Under the pieces are notes generated by a model. It did no database searches, was not told the origin of the DNA, and worked only from the letters and a program-made list of their open reading frames with translations. The position numbers and the translations under genes were made by a program. From Myxococcales bacterium (GTDB lineage: Bacteria > Myxococcota_A > UBA9042), in NCBI GenBank assembly GCA_037441385.1, contig JBBISH010000019.1:1-64000 (forward strand): a stretch of DNA of 64,000 nt, written 5' to 3'. This document shows, piece by piece, positions 48,008 through 57,435 of the stretch (its first letter is position 1; the number at the start of each line of letters is the position of its first letter).

Positions 48008-48865
48008 ATGCTGCCGTTTCCCATCCAGGGCGCTCACTTGCTGGGTGAATTGGTGCCCTATGTTGTGGCCACGCCCAACAATTCGGCGATGCTCGATCTC
48101 CAGCCGTTCGGCCTGCCCACGCCGGCCAGCCACGTCATCGACCCGCTCAAGTTGGATAGCGCGATCTTCCTGGATTTGCTGCACAAGCTCGACGGGCTGA
48201 CCTTTGGGCCAGAGGGCATGCCCATGCCCAAGTGGGTGTTCTACGACTGCAGCGAGGTGCCCGGCGCGCTCTACGGCCTGGCCCGCCCGATCGATCGCGT
48301 CTGGCCGAAGGTCAGGGAGCTATTTGCAATTCCAGATAGTTACACCGGCCTTGTCCCCGTGTCCATGTACGTGGCCATCCCGATGCCCCAGCCCGGTACC
48401 TGGTTCGGCCACAATCTGAGTTCGCTCGCGCCGGTTTTCCGCCGCCTGGGGGTCATCGGCGATCTGGACCTGGCCGGCTTGGGCTCGCTGACCAAGGGGT
48501 TGGCCCTCAAGTGCTTCCAGGTTCAAGAGTTCTGGGGCGCGACTCAGTGGGCCTCGAAAGCCTTGCACATCCACGCCAAGTTCGGGCCGCTCCGGTTGCA
48601 GACCGCCTACACCCCCGCTCACTCCGAGCACGAGACGCTGACCTACGGTTTTACCTGCAACGACCTGGCCTTGCGGTCCTCGATGGGCGACCCTGGGGCG
48701 GTGATCGCGCGCCCGGAGCCCCAGTTGTGGATCGACTCAGACGATGTGCCGGCCATGATCGCGCTGCAGGATCGCATCGAGGCCGGCGAGCGCTTCTGCA
48801 TTCCATCGGCGCCCAAGCGCCTCAGCGACGAAAGGGCTTTGGTTCCCATCGCTTCGATCGCCTAG
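48008..48865 (+). CDS. Hypothetical protein, possible divergent GNAT fold
   Basis: Paralogy to the upstream gene; LAGLGSLTK and ATQWASKALHIHAKFG resemble GNAT motifs A and B. Confidence 0.85.
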   Translation: MLPFPIQGAHLLGELVPYVVATPNNSAMLDLQPFGLPTPASHVIDPLKLDSAIFLDLLHKLDGLTFGPEGMPMPKWVFYDCSEVPGALYGLARPIDRVWPKVRELFAIPDSYTGLVPVSMYVAIPMPQPGTWFGHNLSSLAPVFRRLGVIGDLDLAGLGSLTKGLALKCFQVQEFWGATQWASKALHIHAKFGPLRLQTAYTPAHSEHETLTYGFTCNDLALRSSMGDPGAVIARPEPQLWIDSDDVPAMIALQDRIEAGERFCIPSAPKRLSDERALVPIASIA

Positions 48866-49037
48866 TACACCAAACCTCAAGTCCTTTCAGAGTTGCCGAT
48901 GCCGGTGTACTAGGCGGCGCTAGCCGCGCGCGGGGGTGGCAGGGGGCGGCGCGCCCCCTTTGCCTACGCAAAAGGCTAGTACTACAAACCATTCGAGAGG
49001 CCTAACCCTGAACGTACTTCGGGTTTGTAGTACTAGC
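48859..49037. repeat. Family C dumbbell element: two CTAGTAC...GTACTAG hairpins around a GC palindrome
   Basis: Perfect 13-bp IR 48859-48871/48904-48916; perfect 16-bp IR 48975-48990/49022-49037; five CTAG. Confidence 0.85.
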
Positions 49038-49212
49038 TGGCCGCGCCACGGCCGCCCAATTGGTGGCCGCAGGCTTGCGCGCCCCGTCGCACGCACCTAC
49101 ATTGGCGCTCCAAGTTGCGGCATCACTCCGCCCCATGTGAAATAGAGCCGCCCACTTTCGAGTTTTGCTACGGCGCACCGCAACCGCGCCAACTTTCCGA
49201 GCAGGAGCAACC

Positions 49213-49542
49213 ATGGCCAGCAAGAATGTCGTTACCATCACCGATGCCAACTTCAAGACCGAGGTTCTGGACAACCCGCAGCCGGTCATGATCGACTTCT
49301 GGGCTGCCTGGTGCGGGCCTTGCCGCGCGATTGCGCCGCTTGTGGATCAACTGGCCGACGACTACGCCGGCCGGGCCAAGATCGGCAAGGTGGACGTGGA
49401 CGCCAACATGAAGATCGCCGGCGACTACCAGATCTCGTCGATCCCCACCCTGATGGTCTTCAAGGGTGGCCGCGTCGTCGAGCAAATCATCGGCGGCCGT
49501 CCCAAGCCGGCCATGGCTGCGCTGATCGATAAGCACCTGTAA
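49213..49542 (+). CDS. trxA: Thioredoxin
   Basis: DFWAAWCGPC, SIPTL; AGGAG RBS. Confidence 0.97.
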   Translation: MASKNVVTITDANFKTEVLDNPQPVMIDFWAAWCGPCRAIAPLVDQLADDYAGRAKIGKVDVDANMKIAGDYQISSIPTLMVFKGGRVVEQIIGGRPKPAMAALIDKHL

Positions 49543-49591
49543 AATCTAGAGAATCTAACCGAGTCTGGCGCGCGCAGCCACCGAGGTCACC

Positions 49592-50236
49592 ATGAACAAG
49601 AACGTAGGGTTTGCGCTGCTGGCGCTCTTGGCGATCGGCACGGTCGCCTTTGTTGTGCTCGGCATGTCCGGCGGATCCCCCAGCAAGGCGGGCAGCGATG
49701 GCGCCGCGGCCGACAAGATGGCGGGCACTGCAGAGCAGGGCGGCAAGAAGGCTGCGCCGGTGGTGCGCAAAGACGAGTTACCCGAGGCGGCGGCGGGACC
49801 GGATGCCGGTAATCTTGTGCTGCCAGGCCAACTTCCGGCGCTCAAGGGTGTGCAAGAGGCGGCGGGCCAGGTCGCGCCTGCGCTGCCCCACGGCCAGCTG
49901 ACCCTGGAAGGCGACGTGCAAGAGGCCGAAGCCGAGGCCGCCATCAAGGCCATGTTCCCGGCCATCCGCGACTGCTACGTCGAGCTGCGGCAGCGCGCGC
50001 CGCAGGCCCGTGGGCGCATGCTCATGACGTTCAAGGTTCGCGCCGCCGAGGCCAACCAGGGCGCCACGGGCGAACTGTTCTTGAAAGAGACGCAGTTTAC
50101 CGACCCCAAGTACCTGACGTGTGTGCGCACCGCCATCGACGCCGCCCGCTTCCCGGTGTCGCGCAATGTGCAGGGCTCGGTCACGGTGCCGCTGTTTCTG
50201 TCGCCGCAAGACGCTGGTGAGCCTGTAACTCCCTGA
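49592..50236 (+). CDS. Membrane-anchored protein with AgmX/PglI (TonB-C-like) C-terminal domain
   Basis: N-terminal TM segment, IRDCY...GRM...F.V...CV...FP pattern. Confidence 0.65.
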   Translation: MNKNVGFALLALLAIGTVAFVVLGMSGGSPSKAGSDGAAADKMAGTAEQGGKKAAPVVRKDELPEAAAGPDAGNLVLPGQLPALKGVQEAAGQVAPALPHGQLTLEGDVQEAEAEAAIKAMFPAIRDCYVELRQRAPQARGRMLMTFKVRAAEANQGATGELFLKETQFTDPKYLTCVRTAIDAARFPVSRNVQGSVTVPLFLSPQDAGEPVTP

Positions 50237-50417
50237 TCCTCGGTCTGTCGTTGGGCAAGGACGGCGCGGCGCCGCGCAACGCGGGTTGGTCCGCGTTTGG
50301 CAACGGTCCATGCTGTCGGCGACTTGGCCGCAGCTGGGCAAAATTCGCGCCGCGCCGCTGCAGCCGTGCTAGGCTCGCGGTCAGCTTGCGCCATCCAGGG
50401 TTGCAGTGGAGTTACGC

Positions 50418-51575
50418 GTGACGCACGACCCCTTCTTGCTGGCCGCGGCCGGCGAGCATCTGACGGAGCGGCAGGCCGCTGATCTCGCGCTCGAGTTGTT
50501 CGTGGTCGGCTACGAGGGCCAGGAACTGCCCGCCGAGTATGCCGAATTCCTCCAGCGCGGACTGTCTGGTGCGATTCTGTTTCGCCGCAATCTTCGCTAC
50601 GACGAGCACGGCGTGGTCGATGTGGAGCACTTGCTGGGCCACACGGCGGCCATCCACGCGGCGGCCCTTGCGCAACCCAGCCATTTGCCAGTGATTTGCT
50701 CGGTCGACCAAGAGGGTGGGGCGGTGGCCCGCCTCAAGGCGCCGTTTACCGTGCTGCCGCCCATGCGTCGGTTGGGCGAGCGCGGCGATGCCGACTTGGT
50801 GCGTCGGGTGGGGCAGCAGCTTGGGCGCGAACTGCGGACGGCGGGCTTCAATGTCGACTACGCGCCGGTGCTCGACGTGGACACGAATCCGGCCAACCCG
50901 ATCATCGGCGACCGTTCGTTCTCGCGCGACCCGCACGAGGTGGCTCGCTTGGCGGGGGCGCTGCTGCAAGGCCTGCAATCGGCTGGAGTCTTGGGCTGCG
51001 GCAAGCACTTCCCAGGACACGGCGACACGGCCCAAGACAGCCATCTGGAGTTGCCGTCGCTGCCGCACGATCTCGAACGTCTGCGCAAGGTGGAGTTACT
51101 GCCGTTTGCCAAGCTGGCGAGCGAGTTGCAGCTGGTCATGACCGCGCATGTGCTGTTTCCGGCCCTGGACCCAGCCTGGCCCGCGACGCTGTCGCCGCAA
51201 ATCCTTTTGCCTCTGCTGCGCGTCACATGCGGGTACCAGGGCGTGATCGTCAGCGACGACCTGGAAATGCGAGGCGTAGCCAATGTGTTGGATGCAGGGG
51301 GCTGCGTGCGCCGCGGCCTAGAGGCCGGCTGCGATCTGTTCTTGGTGTGCCGCCAGCGCGACACGCTGCAGAGCGCCTGGCAGGCGGCCCAAGACATTCT
51401 GGCCGGTCCCCCCGACGCCCCGTTGCGTCTGCGCGCCCTGGATGCCATCCAGCGCGCTCGTCGGCTGCGGGCTGGGCTGCACCCGGTGGGGAGCCTGGTT
51501 GCGGATCTCAAGGACTTGCTAGGCGATTCGACGACCCTTGCCTTGCGTGCCGAGTTGGCCGCTGGCACCCTGTGA
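50418..51575 (+). CDS. nagZ: Beta-N-acetylhexosaminidase (GH3)
   Basis: DQEGG, APVLD, IGDRSF, KHFPGHGDTAQDSH, SDDLEM. Confidence 0.92.
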   Translation: MTHDPFLLAAAGEHLTERQAADLALELFVVGYEGQELPAEYAEFLQRGLSGAILFRRNLRYDEHGVVDVEHLLGHTAAIHAAALAQPSHLPVICSVDQEGGAVARLKAPFTVLPPMRRLGERGDADLVRRVGQQLGRELRTAGFNVDYAPVLDVDTNPANPIIGDRSFSRDPHEVARLAGALLQGLQSAGVLGCGKHFPGHGDTAQDSHLELPSLPHDLERLRKVELLPFAKLASELQLVMTAHVLFPALDPAWPATLSPQILLPLLRVTCGYQGVIVSDDLEMRGVANVLDAGGCVRRGLEAGCDLFLVCRQRDTLQSAWQAAQDILAGPPDAPLRLRALDAIQRARRLRAGLHPVGSLVADLKDLLGDSTTLALRAELAAGTL

Positions 51576-51686
51576 AACGGCCTGACCCGGCAAGGATGGC
51601 CGCGCCGCCCCGTAGCTGACCTAGCGCCGCGCGCCACTCTGGCGTCTCGCGGCATCGATCGAGGACTCGTGGAGAAGTTGCAGAAC

Positions 51687-53819
51687 ATGCCTACACACAG
51701 CAAGTTTGCCCACTCGGTCTGGCTCGTGCTGGCTGCGCTGGCCGTGGTGGTCGGCTGCCAGAAGCAGGCCGCTGCCCCCGCCGCAGCGCCGGCCGCCAAA
51801 GCCCAGGCCGCAGAGGCAGCCCCCCTGGCCGCAGAAGCTTCGGGCACCGGTGCCGCCGTGGCCGACAGCGGGGCCCCCGGCGCTGTGGGGCCGCAACCTC
51901 GCGCTATTCCAGCAAAAGCGGCCGCGTCAGACGACGACGATGATGGCGAGACCGACGAGCGCGACTACTGGAAGGGCGTCCAGTTCGATGTGACCAACTT
52001 CGACGAAGTGTTGGACTACGTCGACGTTCACTACATCGACGCCAAGCCTGACAAGCACCGCGCCTGGATCGAGGCCGCCAATTTTGCCCTGCTATCGCTG
52101 GAACCTGGCGAAGAGCTGCTGCCCGAGTCGTTTCACAAGGCCCGCGCCGGCAACCCAGACGAAGAGGGGCGGCTAGACGGCAAGACCGAGGCTTTTGTCT
52201 GCAAAGGTGCCGCCATGCCCCAGGTTTTGCTACACCACGTGCCGGACGACGACTACCTCAAGGCCAAGCGGCCGGTGCGCAAGAAGGGTCGCCTGTCGGA
52301 CGAGGAAGTGCTGGCCCTGCGCGACAAGATCAAAAAGCGCAGCGACCTGTATAACGCTTCTTGGGAAGCCATTCCCTTTAGCCGGCCGCAGTTCGAGTGC
52401 ACGATGGAGTACGTGGCAGCGCGGATGAAGACCATCCAGGCCGAGCTGAAGGCCAAGCGCGCGGCGGCCAAGACCAAGGCTGCCGACGCCAAGGTTGCCG
52501 AGGCCAAGTCAGACGACGCCAAGGCCGCAGACGCCAAGCCCGCGGATCCCAAGGCGGCCCCCGCCAAAGCTGCGGACGCCAAGGCTGCGGACGCCAAAGC
52601 CGGCAAAGAGAAGAACCGCCCGATCCCCGACATGAATCGCGCCTGGGAAGCGGCGGCCCAGGGCTACCTGTATGCGCTCGACCCGCACTCGTCGGTGATT
52701 CCGCGCAAGGCCTGGGACGACTCGACCGACAAGACTCAGGACTCCAGCTTCGAGGGCATCGGCGCCGTGCTGACCCAGCGCGACGACCAGACCATCGTCG
52801 AGAACCCCATGGAGGGGCGGCCGGCTTGGCGCGCGGGCATCCGCGCGGGCGACATCATCCACAAGGTCGACGGCGTGGACGTGGGCGGCTTGGCCCTGAA
52901 CAAAGTGGTCAAGATGATCCGCGGTCCGCGGGCGACCAAGGTGGTCCTGACCGTGAGCCGCGAGACCGAGCCGGACCCCAAGGAATACGCCATCACCCGC
53001 GAGAACATCGAAATCAAGAACGTCGATGGCAAGTTGCTGCCCGATTACCCCGGCGTGGCCCACGTCAAGATGACCGGGTTCATCCCCAACAGCACCCGCG
53101 ACTTGCGGGCCATGATCGAAAAGCTGAGCAAAGAGGCGCCGGGCGGCAAGCTGACCGGCTTGGTGCTGGATCTGCGCGGCAATTCGGGTGGCCTGCTCAC
53201 CAAGGCGATCGAGATCGCCGACGCGTTCCTTGGCTCGGGGCGGATCGTCAGTGTGCGCAATCGCGACCGGCCCGAAGAGGTCACCAACGCCCAATCCCAG
53301 TCCAGCGATTACAATTTCCCGGTGGTGGTGCTGGTCAACGACGGTTCGGCGTCGGCCTCTGAGATCGTGGCCTCGGCGCTGCAAGACAACGGCCGGGCGC
53401 TGGTGGTGGGCGTGCGCACGTTCGGCAAGGCCAGCGTGCAGACCCTGTACGATCCGCCGCTGCACTACGACTACTACATCAAGCTGACGGTGGCGCGGTA
53501 CTACGCGCCGTCGGGCTACACGCTGCAAGTGGTGGGCGTGTCGCCGGATGTCGAAGTGGCGCCGCACGTCGACGGCAAGATTCCGGTCGGCTTCCGCGAA
53601 GAGAACCTGAACAACCACCTCACGCCGGTCCAAGGTCGCGCGCAGTCGCCGTGGGCCCAGGTCCTGCCCGATCTGAAAGGCTGCGTGGACAAGACCGGCA
53701 CCGCCGATTCTGTGGCCAAGCGCGACCCCAAGCCGCAAATTCAGCCGGATTATCAGCTGCTCAAGGCCGGCGACTACCTGCGCTGTCTGGCCCAGCGGCC
53801 CAAGCCGACCGCGTTGTAG
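51687..53819 (+). CDS. S41 carboxy-terminal protease (PDZ), lipoprotein
   Basis: Lipobox VVGC, LDPHS, FEGIG, DLRGNSGG, SASASEI, TFGKASVQ. Confidence 0.92.
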   Translation: MPTHSKFAHSVWLVLAALAVVVGCQKQAAAPAAAPAAKAQAAEAAPLAAEASGTGAAVADSGAPGAVGPQPRAIPAKAAASDDDDDGETDERDYWKGVQFDVTNFDEVLDYVDVHYIDAKPDKHRAWIEAANFALLSLEPGEELLPESFHKARAGNPDEEGRLDGKTEAFVCKGAAMPQVLLHHVPDDDYLKAKRPVRKKGRLSDEEVLALRDKIKKRSDLYNASWEAIPFSRPQFECTMEYVAARMKTIQAELKAKRAAAKTKAADAKVAEAKSDDAKAADAKPADPKAAPAKAADAKAADAKAGKEKNRPIPDMNRAWEAAAQGYLYALDPHSSVIPRKAWDDSTDKTQDSSFEGIGAVLTQRDDQTIVENPMEGRPAWRAGIRAGDIIHKVDGVDVGGLALNKVVKMIRGPRATKVVLTVSRETEPDPKEYAITRENIEIKNVDGKLLPDYPGVAHVKMTGFIPNSTRDLRAMIEKLSKEAPGGKLTGLVLDLRGNSGGLLTKAIEIADAFLGSGRIVSVRNRDRPEEVTNAQSQSSDYNFPVVVLVNDGSASASEIVASALQDNGRALVVGVRTFGKASVQTLYDPPLHYDYYIKLTVARYYAPSGYTLQVVGVSPDVEVAPHVDGKIPVGFREENLNNHLTPVQGRAQSPWAQVLPDLKGCVDKTGTADSVAKRDPKPQIQPDYQLLKAGDYLRCLAQRPKPTAL
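52476..52600 (+). repeat. Degenerate 15-bp coding repeat (KAADA-type, about 8 units) inside the S41 gene
   Basis: KAADAKVAEAKSDDAKAADAKPADPKAAPAKAADAKAADAK. Confidence 0.8.
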
Positions 53820-53891
53820 GCGGTACTGGTCAACGCGGAGCGCATGGGGCACTCTAGCTTTCCTTACAGTGCCCCAACCCGCGAGGACCCG

Positions 53892-54494
53892 ATGACCGAA
53901 TCGACTGCAACACCCGCGCCGGCGGAGGACGCCGCGCCTTCGCACGCTACCGTCGACGAACGCTTGGCTGCGCTGGTGCAGCGTGTCGAAGGCTTGGCAG
54001 CCCGGCTAGAGAGCCTGGAAGCCCGGCTGGCGACAGCGGGTTCGCCGCCAGCGGCTCCTGCCCGCCCTGTGGTTGCTCCGGTCCCGGTCCCGGCCGCGGG
54101 CGACGACCTGGCGCAGATCCGCACGCTGCTCCAGCGGCTGTTTGCGGTAGCGTCTGCGGCAAACCTGAGCGATCCAGAGCAGCTGCAAGAGCAGTTCGTT
54201 CAATACAAAGAGCTGGTTCACCACGACCGCCAGGGTTCGCCGCTGCTGGACGGCGACCTGTACAAGTACAAGTGGATCCCGTTCCTGGGTCGCTTCCGCG
54301 ACTATTTGGGCGCCGACGGCGCGCTCGATTCGTTTCAGATCGAGCGCATGATGCCCGAGCGCATCGAAGCCCGCAGCGAAACCGTCAAGCTGCACCTGGT
54401 GGTCCGCGGCGGTCGCCGCATGAGCCCGCCTGTGCAGTTCCGCCGCGATTCCACGGTGGGCAACGGGTTCCGCATCGAGCAGATGTCGATCTAG
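53892..54494 (+). CDS. Hypothetical protein with N-terminal coiled coil
   Basis: GAGG RBS before MTESTATP; protein-like composition. Confidence 0.75.
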   Translation: MTESTATPAPAEDAAPSHATVDERLAALVQRVEGLAARLESLEARLATAGSPPAAPARPVVAPVPVPAAGDDLAQIRTLLQRLFAVASAANLSDPEQLQEQFVQYKELVHHDRQGSPLLDGDLYKYKWIPFLGRFRDYLGADGALDSFQIERMMPERIEARSETVKLHLVVRGGRRMSPPVQFRRDSTVGNGFRIEQMSI

Positions 54495-54551
54495 CAGCCC
54501 GTGGCGTCCCGGCCGTCGCGGTTCGGCCGCGAAAATATCGGCGCGGTGCTA

Positions 54552-54579
54552 TTGACGACCGCGCGCAAATCGCTATCCT
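54552..54579 (+). promoter_or_regulatory. Sigma70-type promoter for tRNA-Cys
   Basis: TTGACG-N16-TATCCT. Confidence 0.6.
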
Positions 54580-54610
54580 GCCCCGGTCTGCTCCGCGGCA
54601 GACGCTGGAC

Positions 54611-54681
54611 GGCGCCATAGCCAAGTGGTAAGGCAAGCGACTGCAACTCGCTCAGCCCCGGTTCGATCCCGGGTGGCGCCT
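54611..54681 (+). tRNA. tRNA-Cys(GCA), CCA not encoded
   Basis: Acceptor GGCGCCA/TGGCGCC, D-arm GCC-AAGTGGTAA-GGC, anticodon arm AGCGA-CTGCAAC-TCGCT, T-arm CCCGG-TTCGATC-CCGGG, U73. Confidence 0.96.
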
Positions 54682-55083
54682 CCGTCCTTTGCCCCTGTGG
54701 GCAGCCCAACCGCGCTTCGCTTCGCTGCGACGCCAGCGCGACTCGGCTACCCCCAACGCAACTCCCCAGTTGCAGGCAAAGTTTCGCCGTCGTGACCTGT
54801 CGGTGCTCGCGTGGCCTCTGGCCGCGCACCCTTGTTGCACCGAACCTGGGCCACCGCCGCGCGAATCCCCGATCGCACAGCCGATTGTCGTATTCGTGCC
54901 CAGCGGCCCGATCAGGTCACCGCTGCGGTAGCCGTCGTTGCTCGTCGTTTGCATGTCCTCTGGGCCGATGCCCCAACCACTGCCAGGAAGTTCGCCTTGG
55001 ACCACCGCCGCTCGCCATCGGATCGCCGTCCGCCCTCCGGTTCCCGCCCCCAGGGCGAGCGCGCCGCGCCCGTTGCGGGCGCC

Positions 55084-55794
55084 GTGGCGGTGGATCTCGC
55101 GGTGGTGCACGACGACCTTGTGCGGTTGCTCGGGCCGATCGTTGTGGATCTGCAACTAGAAGTCGTAGAGGCCTTGGTCCACGCCGTGGGCGGCGGGGTG
55201 CGGCTTGTCGTCATGATCGACCGCTTGCCGGGTCGCGGCGGCGTTCGCCTGGAAGATTGTGCTCGCGTGTCGCGACGCCTGACCGCGCAGCTCGACGGGC
55301 AAGCGCCGGCGCCACCGCACGGCATTCCCAATGACTACGAACTCGAGGTCTCGAGCCCCGGTATGACGCGGCTTCTGCGCCACAAAGCCGACCTGCTCCG
55401 CTTTGTGGGCGTGACGGCCCGCGTGGCGATCCTGGTCGACGGCCAGAAAACCACGGTGACCGGTGTGATTACGGCCGTGGGCGACGACACGCTGACGCTG
55501 CGGACGGAAGTCGCGGCGGCCAAGAAAGGCGCCAAGATCAGCGCCAAGCGCCTTCAGGAAGGCTTGCGCGAACTGCGCCTGGCCGATGTGGTGCAAATGC
55601 GCCTGGATCCCACCATGGCCGAATGGCAGAAGCTGGGCGAGCGTTTGGCCGCCGAAGCGGCCGCGGCCGGGCTGGCCGACGAACCCGCTGACGGCGACGA
55701 AGGCGAGTGGGACGACGGCGATCCAGACCAAGAGTGGAACGACGACGATCTGGACGGCGACGACCCGACCGATGCCGAGGAAGACGAGAATTAG
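55084..55794 (+). CDS. rimP: Ribosome maturation factor RimP with acidic tail
   Basis: GVRLEDCARVSR, YELEVSSPG; lies before nusA; start uncertain. Confidence 0.88.
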   Translation: MAVDLAVVHDDLVRLLGPIVVDLQLEVVEALVHAVGGGVRLVVMIDRLPGRGGVRLEDCARVSRRLTAQLDGQAPAPPHGIPNDYELEVSSPGMTRLLRHKADLLRFVGVTARVAILVDGQKTTVTGVITAVGDDTLTLRTEVAAAKKGAKISAKRLQEGLRELRLADVVQMRLDPTMAEWQKLGERLAAEAAAAGLADEPADGDEGEWDDGDPDQEWNDDDLDGDDPTDAEEDEN

Positions 55795-55961
55795 GGACAG
55801 AGATTCAGGGAGTTCAAAGCTGCGGTGCAGGCATTGCCCACAGCACGGTGCCGACGATCCAAGGCCGACACACGACGGGTGGTCGGCCAGCTAAACCACG
55901 GTAGAGCAAAAACAAATAGCCCAGAACAGAGCCATAGAGCCCAGAAGCTAGGAGTGCGACC

Positions 55962-57431
55962 ATGATGGGGAACCTCAACCAGATCATCGACCAGGTTTCT
56001 AAGGAAAAGAGCATCGATCGCTCGGTGCTGGTCGATGCGCTTGAACAAGGCATCTTGTCGGCGGCCAAGAAGACCTTTGGCCATGGCCGCGAGCTGGAAG
56101 CCAAATTCAGCGAAGAAGAGGGCCAGGTCGAGCTGATGCTGTACATGACTGTGGTCGACGACGAGAACCTCACCAACTTCGAGCGCGAGCTGCCCATGTC
56201 GACGGCGACCAGCGTGGACGAGGAAGTGCAGGTCGGCGACGAACTGGGCTTCCAGATCTTCTACCTGGACCGCGACCGCACCCGCGCCGAAGAGGAAGAC
56301 CGCAAGTATGGCGACGTTCTGGGGATTCGCACCGCGCGCCAGCAGTTCGGCCGCATCGCCGCCATGACCGCCAAGCAGGTGATCATGCAGCGCGTCCGCG
56401 ACGCCGAGCGCGACGTGGTGTTCAACGAGTACAAGGACCGCAAGGGCGAGCTGGTGACCGGTATCGTCCGCCGCTTCGAGCGCGGCAACGTGATCGTCGA
56501 CCTGGGCCGCGCTGAGGCGATGCTGCCGGTGCGCGAGCAGATCTTCCGCGAGTCGTACCGCGCTGGCGATCGCGTGCAGGCCTACGTCAAGGACATCAAG
56601 CGCGACGCCAAGGGCCCGCAGATCATCCTCAGCCGCACCGACGAGCGCCTGATCGAGAAACTGTTCGAGCTGGAAGTGCCCGAGATCTACGAGGGCATCG
56701 TCAAGATCATGCGCGTGGCCCGCGAGCCGGGTGAGCGCGCCAAGATCGCCGTGGCCAGCAAGGACAGCGATGTCGATCCCGTGGGCGCTTGCGTGGGCAT
56801 GAAGGGCTCGCGCGTGCAGGCCGTGGTTCAAGAGCTCAAGGGCGAGAAGATCGACATCGTGCCGTGGAGCCCGGACACCGCCAAGTTCGTGTGCAACGCG
56901 ATTCAGCCGGCCGAGGTCAGTCGCGTGCTGATCGACGAGGACAACCAGACCATCGAACTCATCGTCCCCGACGACCAACTGAGCCTGGCGATCGGTCGCC
57001 GCGGTCAGAACGTGCGCCTGGCGAGCAAGCTGATCGGCTGGAAGATCGACATCCAGAGCGAGAGCAAGATCGAAGAGGTCAAGCAAGTCTTGGGCGAGGC
57101 GCTATCGGTGGTGCCGGGCCTGGACGAGACCGTGGTTTCGTACCTGTTCAAGCTGGGCTACCACAGCCCGGACAATCTGCTGAACGCCCACGTGGAAGAC
57201 CTGGCGGCGATCCACGGCATCGACGAAGAGATGGCGATGCAGATCCAGCAGATCGCCTACGAGGTCAAGAAGCAGCGCGAAGAAGAGGCGCGCGCGGCCA
57301 AGGAAGCGGCGGCGGCGGCCGAGGCGGCCCGTCCCAGCGCCGAAGAGGCGGCCTTGGCGGCTGCGGCGGCCGAAGCGGCGGTGGCCAGCGAAGAGGCGGC
57401 GCCGGTCGATGACGCACCGGCGGCCGTCTAG
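55962..57431 (+). CDS. nusA: Transcription factor NusA
   Basis: [51 protein letters not shown]. Confidence 0.98.
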   Translation: MMGNLNQIIDQVSKEKSIDRSVLVDALEQGILSAAKKTFGHGRELEAKFSEEEGQVELMLYMTVVDDENLTNFERELPMSTATSVDEEVQVGDELGFQIFYLDRDRTRAEEEDRKYGDVLGIRTARQQFGRIAAMTAKQVIMQRVRDAERDVVFNEYKDRKGELVTGIVRRFERGNVIVDLGRAEAMLPVREQIFRESYRAGDRVQAYVKDIKRDAKGPQIILSRTDERLIEKLFELEVPEIYEGIVKIMRVAREPGERAKIAVASKDSDVDPVGACVGMKGSRVQAVVQELKGEKIDIVPWSPDTAKFVCNAIQPAEVSRVLIDEDNQTIELIVPDDQLSLAIGRRGQNVRLASKLIGWKIDIQSESKIEEVKQVLGEALSVVPGLDETVVSYLFKLGYHSPDNLLNAHVEDLAAIHGIDEEMAMQIQQIAYEVKKQREEEARAAKEAAAAAEAARPSAEEAALAAAAAEAAVASEEAAPVDDAPAAV

Positions 57432-57435
57432 GCAA

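Noticed and set aside
48859..49037. CRISPR mini-array or integron attC sites
   Set aside because: Repeats are inverted rather than direct; no RYYYAAC/GTTRRRY ends, integrase or cas genes
49113..49138. Sigma32-like promoter (CCCCATGT) before trxA
   Set aside because: No convincing CTTGAA-type -35 at the right spacing
54711..54750. Possible further family A fragment after the tRNA (GCGACTCG)
   Set aside because: Match too short to be significant in GC-rich DNA
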